NCBI GenBank assembly: GCA_964019335.1
Contig: OZ025742.1
Location: 62,001 to 126,000, forward strand
Reading direction: 5' to 3'
From: Diplonema japonicum
Lineage: Eukaryota > Protista > Euglenozoa: Diplonemea
Length of the DNA stretch: 64,000 nt
Below, piece by piece: positions 12,718 to 23,123 of this stretch. The translations under genes were made by a program, and so were the position numbers. The stretch's first letter is position 1. Each line of letters opens with the position of its first letter. The notes under the pieces were generated by a model that ran no database searches, had not been told where the DNA came from, and worked only from the letters and a program-made list of their open reading frames with translations.

Positions 12718-13768
12718 ATGTACCACCCACCCATGCCCATCTATCTCCCCCCCCCGCATGGCTACGGCCCACCGCCTATGTATCAAGGACCCGAGCCGTA
12801 CTGCAATCAGAGTGGTCCACCCGAAATGCAGCAGATGCTGTACTCTCACTACATGATGATGGAGGGCCGTGGACGGCAGAAGCAGGACCTGCAAGGACTG
12901 AGAAGGGTAGTGAGCACTTACGCCGCTCAGCTGTACGGCCAAACACTGAGGATGGAAGACGGGAAAGAGAAGCTTGGAGTGCGCAAGGCGGTGAGAAGCA
13001 TTCTACTAAAGGACCCTGACGTGGATCCAGTATGCCCTCCCACTCCCACACACAACAAATAACAATAACAACCCACAGCGTATGATCGATCCTGTGGAGT
13101 TCCCTCCGCCACGTATGACCCCAGAGACAAACCCAGGCTCGGACTCTTCAGCGAGCTGTGCTGACTCCCCTGTCCCTTTCCCGACGGCTCCGCAAGGGCG
13201 CTCTTTACCCTTGGCAGGTGTTATCCATTCAAGGTTGCACCCTTACTTGAAACTCGACTTACCGCAGGTGTCAGGGAGGTACCCTTGGAAGGAGGTGGAA
13301 AGACCCTTACCACCATCAGGGCACACACCCTCAAAGCATGTTGTGGAAAGGTTGGATCAAAGGTGGAAACAGGTAGTTATCGGCCTGCTTACTAAAGGAC
13401 ACAGGAATTTCAAGCAAGCGTACCAAAACGGTGAGGAGCTGCCCACCGTGCCTGCACCTCCTGACATTTACACGGAATGTTCAAAGCGTGAATTTGACAG
13501 GCAGCTGAGGCATTGGCGGCGTTCGCTGCACCTATTTGACGACAGGGATGACGGGGAGCATGACGATGATGAAGAAGAGGTGGAGTCCGGGTCTGTTGAA
13601 GATGATGATGCGCCTTCTCTTGTAGATGATGATGTGTCTGGAAATTGCATACACCCCTTTGCTTGGTCGGCACCCACAGGCCTTCAAGAATCCAAGGACG
13701 GTACTGACGACTTGGAACAAAATTTCGCCGCAACAGAAATTTCTGTTCTGGGTGATTCTTTTTTTTAA
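12718..13768 (+). CDS. SLBP: Histone mRNA stem-loop binding protein-like (2 exons)
   Basis: ATG 12718 after poly(A). Intron 13030-13078 (GTATGC..CAG) joins the frame to ORF 13082-13768. RNA-binding domain RLDQRWKQV.IG..TKG....P.PPD....SKREFDRQLRHWRRSLHLFD followed by an acidic tail. Confidence 0.8.
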
Positions 13769-15044
13769 AAAAAAGAAGAAAAAAAAAAAAAAGAAACAAA
13801 AAAGAAGGGGAAATTATTCTCCCCCCCCCCCCCCCCCCCTCACACCCCCTCGCTTCCGTGTCCCCATGCTCTGAGAGGTGTATTCACACCTTTTAAAAAA
13901 ATAATAATGGGAGAGGGGGGGGGGAAGAGAGATTTTTTTATTCGTTGGGGGGGGAAGGGGAGGGCAATCTTTTTTTTGTTTGAAAAGCTGCGGGGTGTTG
14001 AGTAAATATGCACGTAGAATGCAGCAACACAGGGACGGAGAAAAAAAAAAAAGGAAAAAAAAAAAAAGCATTACTTTGAGAAGTGAGTATTTTACTGTGT
14101 GTTGGGGAGAGGGGGTCATAGCTGTCGCTTCTCTTCTCCAAAAGGGATAATTTTTAAGAAAGGGGAAAAAAAAAGTTTTCTAAAACTTTTTTTTTATGTT
14201 TCTTTTGAAAACATAGATAACCACTGAAAAGGGAGTGGAGATAAAAAGAAGAAGTGCATTCTTTATAGCTGGTCTGAGACTGGTTGCCAGGTGAGGGGGG
14301 CTTGCAAAAAGTACGCCCTATGTGTTCTTTGCCCTTTTTTTGTTGACCGTTACACTGCCCCTTAACCTTTCCCCTCTTTTTTTTTTTTTTATATTTTATT
14401 TTAAGAACGAAAAACCTTAAGCCTAAAGTATGCTCGAAAAAACAAAAAAAAATGAAGACTTATAAAAACTAATTTTTTAAAAAAGAAGAAAAAAACATTC
14501 TCCCCATCCCCCTATCTTTTTTCTTTTTTTTGTGTGCAATTTGCTCCCCCTCCTCCCATGCCCTAATTCAGAAAGGAAACATTCTCATATAATAAAATAT
14601 TATTGACGCTTTCATTCATATCTGGTGGGGGAGTCGTTGCTGGCACTCCTCCATCTTAGTGAATTTCTTTTTCTCTTGTTTCTGTCCGCTGACGCTTACG
14701 TTCGGTTTGACTTCACGACAATGGACTTGCCGCTAAGGTCTTCTTGATGTGTATAAAAAAAAAAATGAAAAAGAAAAAAAAAAAAAAAGAAAAAAAAAAA
14801 GAGCCTCAAACGAAACACAAGAGCCGGCACCTTACGCCGTAATCAGGAAACTTATTTCATTTCACATATTCCTTTTTTTCATTTTTTTTTTTTTTTTTTT
14901 TTTTAGCGGGTTGACACATGAAAGAAAAAAAAAATAGCAATTTTTCTTTTATTTTGTCAAAATTCTGAATCAAGCAAACATAATAAAAAAAAAAAAAGAG
15001 GAAGGAAAAAAAAAAAACCCACCATTGTCTCGTCCTAGCCTTCT

Positions 15045-15075
<31 letters not shown>

Positions 15076-15513
15076 CCCCACAAGGGCGGAACACTTTTTT
15101 TTTTCTTTTTTTCTTTTTTTTTCTCTCTCCCCCATTTTTCTAATTTTTTGTCTTCATGAATATGGTATGATGGTTCCCTTCTTTTTTTCTTTTTTTTTTT
15201 TTTTATTATTATTATCCCCTAAACGCCCGCGCGGACGTCTTTTTCGCTAAGTACTTTTTTTTGAACACGGCCCCTGGACTTCAAAATATGGCATTGTTGC
15301 GCGGTTTATTTTGTCTCGGAACTACATTTTGCGTTAAAAGTTTTGTTTTAATTGAAACCGGCAGGGTTGGCTTAAAATGAATTTTCTTTACCCTTTCTTT
15401 GCACCTTCCTATGGTTGCATGCTGCCCTTTTTTTGAGTATTCAAAGCAACAACGAAAATGGGGGGTACCGTAGATAGGCTCCGGGCGTTTAGGGGTTATT
15501 ATTATTGTCTTGG

Positions 15514-15549
<36 letters not shown>

Positions 15550-15661
15550 TCTGGCAGGTTTATTTATATTTTCACTTGACCAGAATCTTTTTTTTCCTTC
15601 TTCTTCTTCTTTTTTTTCTTTCTTTTCCCGCAACCAAACGCCACCACCCACAACATAAAGG

Positions 15662-17011
15662 ATGAACAAACATGTTGGCAGAATAACGGAGCTTTTAAAG
15701 GAATATGCCAAGAATGTAAGATCAACAGGCGATAGCATTAGAGACGAAGAAGAAGAGGAAGAAGAAGAAGAAGAAAGCCCCCGTATCAGGACGTTCTATA
15801 GAAAAGAAACGGAGCTGGGCAACAAGTTCAAAGAGGTCGCTCAGAGGAGATTCCTCAACTGCGCCAAAATTCTCGCTTGGGACCCTGAGGTTCTTAGCTT
15901 CCTCCATGAGGTTTTGAGCGATTCCGTGTACAATGATAAGGAAAACAAGGGCAAGAAAATCGTCCAGTTCACAATGGGATACGACGGGTACTTGAAGGCA
16001 AAATCAAAAATGGAAAAATACCTGATTGCTCGCGCGTTGAAAATGGGACTGTCCGAGTCAGATTATAGAAAAAGCATTGCGCTCGGAGCCCCTTGCCTGT
16101 CTCACAGCGATTTCTTCTCCCTTGGAGAAGGCCGTGTTCTCTTACAAACAATTTTTGAACTGCAATTCAGAAAAATGACACTATTTCAAACCAGATTAGA
16201 GCTTCGCAGCTATGAAGAAACCCCAGGATGCGGTTACATCACGGAGACTAATTTAGAAAAATACATTCTCTCCCTCTCAACGGAGGGGGAGATACCAATG
16301 CCCGAAACAACCGATGAAGGGTTCCCTAGGTATTACGCCTGTTCGGTTTCACGCAGAATTTTGTTCTTTTTAGACCCGACAAAAAGACGGAGGGTTTCGG
16401 TGAGAAGGCTGTTAGAGTCCGAAATGCTCAGGGAACTGATCTCGCTTCCGTTCGACGAATCAGCAGAAGGACCGCTTTCCCCGCAGAGACAGGCCATAAA
16501 CTACAACCATTTCATATACCTTGCCAGGGGGAATACTACCTTAGCCAAGGAAAATATGGGTAGCTATGGCGGTCTAACACCTATCTTCATCGATCGAATT
16601 TTCGAAGTCATGGGAATAATCAATATGGACTATCGCAATTTTTTAGAGTTTTTGTTGTGTATTGAAACGATGGCTGAGGATGCCATGGTGGCGTTTATGT
16701 TCAAGGTTCTAGATATTACTAATGCGAACAAGCTGACGCCGATGGTCCTCCACAAGTTCCTTTTGCATACGAAGAATTCAGTCGATGCTGACCCGTCCTG
16801 TGTCGTCACTGAGCTTTTTGATATGCTTGGTCCTGTGCAGCCCCTTACCATTAGTCTCTCCGATTTTCGGTCGGCCTCCGTTTCTAAACGAGCCTCTTTT
16901 CTCTCGATTCTCCTGACGCACTCCGGGCTTGACATTTACGAGAGGGAGTGCAGTCAGAACCCCGAGTACCAATCCCCGCCGAGCTCGTTTATTGCTCCTA
17001 TGGCTTTGTAG
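15662..17011 (+). CDS. PP2A regulatory subunit B'' gamma-like (PPP2R3C-like EF-hand protein)
   Basis: Motifs GYITETNLEKYI, YYACSVSRRILFFLDP, LTPIFIDRIFE, MDYRNFLEFLL and FKVLDI match the B'' gamma family. Confidence 0.8.
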   Translation: MNKHVGRITELLKEYAKNVRSTGDSIRDEEEEEEEEEESPRIRTFYRKETELGNKFKEVAQRRFLNCAKILAWDPEVLSFLHEVLSDSVYNDKENKGKKIVQFTMGYDGYLKAKSKMEKYLIARALKMGLSESDYRKSIALGAPCLSHSDFFSLGEGRVLLQTIFELQFRKMTLFQTRLELRSYEETPGCGYITETNLEKYILSLSTEGEIPMPETTDEGFPRYYACSVSRRILFFLDPTKRRRVSVRRLLESEMLRELISLPFDESAEGPLSPQRQAINYNHFIYLARGNTTLAKENMGSYGGLTPIFIDRIFEVMGIINMDYRNFLEFLLCIETMAEDAMVAFMFKVLDITNANKLTPMVLHKFLLHTKNSVDADPSCVVTELFDMLGPVQPLTISLSDFRSASVSKRASFLSILLTHSGLDIYERECSQNPEYQSPPSSFIAPMAL

Positions 17012-17246
17012 AAATGGAAGGAATTAAAAAAAAAATTTTTTTTTTTTTGAAAGAGAGAAAAAAGAAGGAAAAAAATCCCCCCCTCACATTGTTTCCCCTG
17101 TGTTTGTTACCCCAATTTCCCCTCACTCCGTTTTCATATAAACATCGACAAAAAAAAAAAAAAAAAAAAAAAAGAGGAGGGGAGGAGAGAGAGATCTCAA
17201 CGGCTCTACAACTACAACAAAAAAAAAAAAAATTAAGAAAAAAGAA

Positions 17247-18311
17247 ATGTCAGGTCTGCATGCGCATTATGATCCGTCGGGGTCTGTGAGTCGAAGCAGG
17301 TCCTGGGCGGGGAAGTCGGGCGGGGGGAGATCGGCGTCCCCTGCAGGGTCGTTCACTGGGAGCTGTGTCAGCAGGCTGGAATCGAACCAAGGAATGCGTG
17401 AGAAGGCTGCAGAGCTGTGGCTGGACCAGCTCAGAAGGACACATGACAAGCGGCGATCCGCCATGCAGCGAACTCAAGAGATACAAGAACGGCAGAAAAA
17501 TATCGCCCAGACCAAGATAGATGAGGACAACATGAAATTCAGCAAGAACCGCAACAGCCACAACGAGTACCTGAGGTCCCGATCCCACGCGTTTCAAGAC
17601 CGACAGAACTATCTCCGCGATGCCAGGGACCATTCCCAATCCCTGCAGATGCTCAAGGAGGAACAAATCGAACAAGAGGTGTCGTACAAAATGAGCCGTG
17701 CTGAGGAATCGCATCAACGAGCAGTGTCATCCCGTGCAAGAAATACCTTCCACCGTAACAAGGAAAGGTCGGACAATGTGAAGAGAAACAACTCGTTGCT
17801 GAGCAAGAGGCGGGAGTCGATAGGTAAGGCGAAGCTTTCAGTGGCTGACATGAAGCAGAGAAAGATCATGGATCAGAAGAGGAAGGAAGAAGAAGAACGC
17901 CTTGCAATCGCCGAGGAGAGGGAGATGATGCGACGCACCGCGCTCTCCAGAGCGGATATGATTGCTGAGCATAAAAAAGCAGCTACTGAGGCGAAGATTA
18001 ACTACGACGGGTGCCGTTCTTCGTCTGTTCTGCGAAAACGTGAAGAATGGCTCAAACAAAAACAGCAGGCTAGCGCTTCTAGGCAGAGCAGGATTCACAG
18101 CCAGGTAGCCCATGCAAGCATGGTGCGTGCTGCAAAGGAACAGCAATACGACCAGCACTTCAAAGAGTCAGTTGCCATCGGTAAAGAGACCGCAGAACAC
18201 AACAAGATTTTCAAGCTCAACAACAAAATCATGCACGAGGTCATGCAAGGGATGATCCACGACTCGAAGAGCCACAGGAGTAGAAGCTCAAGTACTTATC
18301 GCAGGAGTTAA
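17247..18311 (+). CDS. Hypothetical basic coiled-coil protein
   Basis: 354-aa ORF, ATG after an A-tract, E/K/R/Q-rich helical composition. Confidence 0.75.
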   Translation: MSGLHAHYDPSGSVSRSRSWAGKSGGGRSASPAGSFTGSCVSRLESNQGMREKAAELWLDQLRRTHDKRRSAMQRTQEIQERQKNIAQTKIDEDNMKFSKNRNSHNEYLRSRSHAFQDRQNYLRDARDHSQSLQMLKEEQIEQEVSYKMSRAEESHQRAVSSRARNTFHRNKERSDNVKRNNSLLSKRRESIGKAKLSVADMKQRKIMDQKRKEEEERLAIAEEREMMRRTALSRADMIAEHKKAATEAKINYDGCRSSSVLRKREEWLKQKQQASASRQSRIHSQVAHASMVRAAKEQQYDQHFKESVAIGKETAEHNKIFKLNNKIMHEVMQGMIHDSKSHRSRSSSTYRRS

Positions 18312-19109
18312 GAGGAAGAGAAAAAAAAAAATTTTTTTTTTGAAATAGAGAAAAAAAAAAAAAAAAAAAAAAAAACTTGTTTAGATTTTATCCCACTCCC
18401 CCCCACCCTTATTAAAAAAAAAGTTTTTTTTTTTACAAAACAAACCAAAAAAAAACCCCCCCAAAAAAAAAGATTTTTTTTTCCGTGTAAAATCTCCCCC
18501 CTCTTTTTTTTTGTTGTTTTACTTATTCTTTCCTATGCCCCACCCTTCCTCCACAATTTTTTTAGGAAAAAAAGGGGGGGGGAGGAGGAAGAAAAAAAGG
18601 GGGGGGGGAGGAGGACAAAGAAAAAATGTTTTTCTTTCTTTGCCGAGAAGGCCACTGTGCTCCTATTCGGAGCTGAAGCGCACTTCGATTTCACTGTTTG
18701 ATCAAAAGGAAAATATTTTTCTTGTTTTTCTTCACCCCTCTCCTTTTTTTCCTTCTCCCTGCTCAGTTATTGAAAGTAGAACCAGGTTGGGCATTGACCA
18801 GATAGAGAGTTTGCCTTCGGTTTGACACATGACATGCCCTTTTCTTGATGAAGAAGCTGCTCCACGGTGGGAATCCTTTACTTTTTATTTCGTCTTTCCC
18901 TACTTACCCCGATACCCCTTCCCTTAGTTTCTTTCCCCCCCCTTTTTTTTTCTTTACGCCCCCAGCTGCGTTATATTGTTAAGACTCCCCGGATCCATTT
19001 TTTTTTTTTTTTTTACTTTTTTTTCTTGTTTCCCCCCCTCCCTCCCCCAACCTCTTTTTGTAAAAGACCCCCCTCTTTTTTTTTTTTTCCCATATTATTC
19101 GAAAGACAG

Positions 19110-19148
<39 letters not shown>

Positions 19149-19229
19149 AAAAAGGGGGAGTGGGGGGTGGGGAGGGAGAAAAGACGGCGGGGGTGGGGGG
19201 AAGAAAAAAAAAAAAAAACAAAAAACAAA

Positions 19230-21434
19230 ATGGATCGCAACCTAGGCGACTTAAAACTACAGCAAAACATCCTCGCAAAGAGGCTGGAGTCCCTGCGAGG
19301 CAAGGAGATAACAAGGGAGAAGGGAGTAATGTCGGCAGGCGAGGTGGCCGTGGCCACATCACGCGCCGTCGCAATAGAAACCAGCTTACAAACAGAGATA
19401 TACAACCTGAAAGACAGGTGCGAGCGTGCAGAGAAACAACTAAACGAAACCGAGAACAACAAAACTAGACGCGACTCTGCCGAACGCGCTTGCCGGGAAG
19501 CAAGGAGCGAGATGGAACTTCTAACAATGGACAAAACCAGAGCAGAGGACAACCTCAAAGACCTTCAATCCAAATACTGCGAGGTTTGCACAAAAGTCGC
19601 TGAGCTCGAAACATCGTTAAACCGTTCGAACAGAAGCCGTGACGCGATGGAGCACACCATACTCACCACTGAAGCGCAGCTCTGCGAGCTTCAAGCTAAG
19701 CACGACGAACAAACCCTGCAGCTCGCGCACGCCGTCCAAGATTCCGTTGCGGAGCGAGACGTTGCCACATCGCTGCAACAACGCGCTGAATCCGTTGAAT
19801 CTGTTCTGTCGGCGAGTGAAGCGAAGCTTGTAGACCTGTCTGCCTTGAAGACCAAACTTGAAACATCATTGAAACGCCAAGCAGCCGAGCTTAGCAGGCG
19901 GACAGACGAGTTTCAACGACGTTCCTCTACTCAACAGGAAACCATCGAAACCCTTCAACGCCAGCTCTACACCCTTCAAGACGAGCTGTCCATCCTCCAC
20001 AGGCAGGAAGAAGAATCCAAACACCAAACCAACATGTACGAGGAAGCACGGATCCAATCCGAAACCCAGTCTGAACAACTTTTACTCGAGAAGAATCGTC
20101 TTGCAGACGCCCATCAGTCAGACATGATGCACCTCACACAGCAGATCAAGGTTTTAAGAGACACTTCAGCACGGCATGAATCGGAGAACAAACTTTTATC
20201 CGCCAAACTGGCGAAAAGCGAGGAGTTGGAAAGAAGCTGCGGAGAGGAGTTGTCCCGGGTTTCAGAAGCGTTGGAGATCGCAAGAGGAGAGTTAAGACGC
20301 TTTAAAGAAACAGACCGCGAGAGAAGCGCGGTAGTAATGGAAGCCGAACAGAAAAAAATAGCATCGGAGAAAAATTTGCAGCTTGTAAAGGAAGATATGG
20401 TCAGACTTCGCGCAGAGCTCACCGAAGCGAACGTGTCAACACAACAGCTTCTTAGCGATTTGAACGTCCAGAGAAGGGGCGCGGAACAGGCTAGAGAGGC
20501 CGCACGCATGCTTGCCGCCATTGAAGCAGAACGCGACGCACTTCAAGAAGAGCTAACGCAAGCCTTGCTTATCCAACAGAACAGTTCTGCACACCACACC
20601 GCAGAGCTACGACAGATAACAGATGAGCTACAAGCTCTCCGTGCCTCTGAAGCATCGCTTCACACCATGCATTCTCCCTGCGGTTCTACCATATTATCGT
20701 TGAGGCAGCAGCTTAGCGAGGAACAGCTTGTCAACGAGAAGCTATCGGTTCAAGCTGAAGAAGCTGTCGATCTGCGAAGGGAGGTGTCGGACTTAACCAT
20801 TGCGAACCGCTCTTTGATGAACGACATGCTTCACCAACAGCGGGATCTCGACGTTAAGATTTCAGAGGAAACTGTTCAAAGCGAAATTGTCGAAGCTCGA
20901 AAGGAGCTTCGCCTTTCGAGGACGAGGTGCGGAGAACTGACAGTTGAAACGATTAACCGTATAGCTGGATACATCAAGCACATGGAAGCCGGGGCGAAAA
21001 AGGCCGAAGCCGATCTTTCAAACCACTCAGAAGTGGTCAGAACCCTATCACAGGTTGGCTGCGACATGGAAGCTCTGCATTCAAAGCTTCAGTTCCCTGG
21101 CACACCCTCAACAACACCGCTTGCACTTGTTTCTTCTGTTCGCTCCAGGGTCAAATCCACCTTGGCGAACAATTTAACTGATACAGAAAAATTGTACTTG
21201 GGTCTTAACACGAGTACCTTGCCCAAGCAGGCCAGCAAGGCGCCACCCACGGCCGGGTCGCTTCGTGAGCTGAAGTCCGCTGTTCAAAGTCTCGAGACGT
21301 TATGTGAGAAGCTGTCGGTGAAGTTAGAAAACGGGCAGGAGTTGAAGGAGCAACAGCAGCCCCCCGCGGGGGGTGTTCAGAAACGAGAAAAGTTTTCGAA
21401 GCAAGGCACTTCACACAGGCCGCAAAGGAAGTGA
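19230..21434 (+). CDS. Long coiled-coil protein
   Basis: Likely start is ATG 19230 (MDRNLGD) after poly(A); the ORF-track extension upstream is homopolymer spacer. Heptad-rich, about 730 aa. Confidence 0.85.
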   Translation: MDRNLGDLKLQQNILAKRLESLRGKEITREKGVMSAGEVAVATSRAVAIETSLQTEIYNLKDRCERAEKQLNETENNKTRRDSAERACREARSEMELLTMDKTRAEDNLKDLQSKYCEVCTKVAELETSLNRSNRSRDAMEHTILTTEAQLCELQAKHDEQTLQLAHAVQDSVAERDVATSLQQRAESVESVLSASEAKLVDLSALKTKLETSLKRQAAELSRRTDEFQRRSSTQQETIETLQRQLYTLQDELSILHRQEEESKHQTNMYEEARIQSETQSEQLLLEKNRLADAHQSDMMHLTQQIKVLRDTSARHESENKLLSAKLAKSEELERSCGEELSRVSEALEIARGELRRFKETDRERSAVVMEAEQKKIASEKNLQLVKEDMVRLRAELTEANVSTQQLLSDLNVQRRGAEQAREAARMLAAIEAERDALQEELTQALLIQQNSSAHHTAELRQITDELQALRASEASLHTMHSPCGSTILSLRQQLSEEQLVNEKLSVQAEEAVDLRREVSDLTIANRSLMNDMLHQQRDLDVKISEETVQSEIVEARKELRLSRTRCGELTVETINRIAGYIKHMEAGAKKAEADLSNHSEVVRTLSQVGCDMEALHSKLQFPGTPSTTPLALVSSVRSRVKSTLANNLTDTEKLYLGLNTSTLPKQASKAPPTAGSLRELKSAVQSLETLCEKLSVKLENGQELKEQQQPPAGGVQKREKFSKQGTSHRPQRK

Positions 21435-21548
21435 GGGGAGGAAGGGTATTAGATGCCCATGTATAATTCTACCTCTCTTTTCCGCGTTTTTCCTTCCCCC
21501 TCCCCCTCGTTGTTGTGGATAAAAATCTTTTTTTTTTTTTTACTTGTA

Positions 21549-21591
<43 letters not shown>

Positions 21592-21855
21592 CCTGTTGTT
21601 AGAATTATAGAATACAAAAAAAAGAAGAAGAGAGGGAGGGAGGGGAAAAAGAAGAAAACAAAAAAAAAGTAAATTTGTACCCAGCCAAAAAAAAAAAAAA
21701 AAAAAAAAAGAGTAAGTTTTTTCGCTTCTTTTCCCTTTTTCCTCCCCCATTTTTTTTTCTCTCTTTCTTTTTTTTCCTCTACCTTTCTCGGATCTCGAAA
21801 AAAAAATTTTTTTTTTAAAAAAGAAAAAAAAAACAACAACACACACAAGAAAAAA

Positions 21856-22824
21856 ATGGAAAAACCATTGTTCAAATTCGGGATAATCGCTGACGTGCAA
21901 TATGCGGACCTTCCCAAGGGCACGAACTACGACAAGTCAGCGGTGAGGTACTACAGAGAAACACTGGGCAAAATGGACAGAGCCGTGGAGTGGTGGAAGG
22001 AAGAGAACGTCGGCTTTGTGTTAAGCCTGGGAGACGTGATCGATGGTTACAACAAGCAATATAACACTGAAACTGAGGCACTCGAGATGATCATGGAAAA
22101 ATTTGACAGTGTAGGAGTGAAGCACCACCAGCTGGTGGGCAACCACGAACTTTTAAATTTCCCCCGCGACACATTGCTGTCTCACGGTTGGGGACTTCCT
22201 TGCGGGCAGTTGTACTACACCTTCGAACCTTCTCCAGGCTGGAAAGTGCTCGTCTTAAACTCCTACGAAATATCGGTAATCCAGCACACCGACCACAACT
22301 ACCACAACCCTCCCAACAACGAAGTCCTGAAGATGCTTCAGAAGAATAACAAAAACCTGGCTGTCCTGCCTCCTGGGAGGTGGAACGAAACTAATTGGTA
22401 TAGCGGGCTTGACACAGAACACCAGAGGTATCTCCCTTACAATGGCATGTTTGGAGAAGTACAGTTGAAATGGGTTAAGGCAGAGCTTGCCGAGGCAGCC
22501 GGAAAAGGGGAAAGGGTAATTGTATGTTCACACACCCCGGTGCACCATGGTGCTTCCAACCACTGTGACATCGCGATGGACGGTCCAGAATTAGTTTCTC
22601 TCCTCCACAAGCACCCTTCTACTGTTGTCGCAGTTCTTTGCGGTCACAACCACAACGGTGGGCGTTGTGTTGATGAGGCTGGCATTCGACACATCACCTT
22701 CGAGTCACCCCTCGAGACCGATCCCTCCGTCCCCGACTGCTCTGCCGTTGCCGATGTCTTCCCAGATAAAATCTCAATCAGGGGTAAGGGTTCTGTCCCT
22801 TCCACTGAGATCTTCTTTAAGTAA
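21856..22824 (+). CDS. ADPRM: Mn-dependent ADP-ribose/CDP-alcohol diphosphatase (metallophosphoesterase)
   Basis: FGIIADVQYAD, RYYR, LGDVIDG, GNHE, YNG, SHTP and GHNHNGG motifs. Confidence 0.88.
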   Translation: MEKPLFKFGIIADVQYADLPKGTNYDKSAVRYYRETLGKMDRAVEWWKEENVGFVLSLGDVIDGYNKQYNTETEALEMIMEKFDSVGVKHHQLVGNHELLNFPRDTLLSHGWGLPCGQLYYTFEPSPGWKVLVLNSYEISVIQHTDHNYHNPPNNEVLKMLQKNNKNLAVLPPGRWNETNWYSGLDTEHQRYLPYNGMFGEVQLKWVKAELAEAAGKGERVIVCSHTPVHHGASNHCDIAMDGPELVSLLHKHPSTVVAVLCGHNHNGGRCVDEAGIRHITFESPLETDPSVPDCSAVADVFPDKISIRGKGSVPSTEIFFK

Positions 22825-23123
22825 AAGTGGACAACATGTTGCCCCAAAGAGACAAAAAAAACTTTCCCCCCCCCCTTTTTTTCCCCCGTCTACCTATCCA
22901 CTCAACCAGAGATTTATTTTTTAAAAAAAAAAAAGAAAAAAGAAAAGGGGAGGGGGAAAAAAAAAGGGGGGGGGGAAATGGCACTAACCCGATAAGCATC
23001 CATAATTATCTCCCCCTTTGTTTGTCCTCTCTCGTATTTTGTTGCCCTTCCTTCGCCACAAACCTTCAAATCAAACAAAAAAAAAAAGGAGGTGTTCCGT
23101 TTAAAAAAAAAAAAAAAAAAAAA

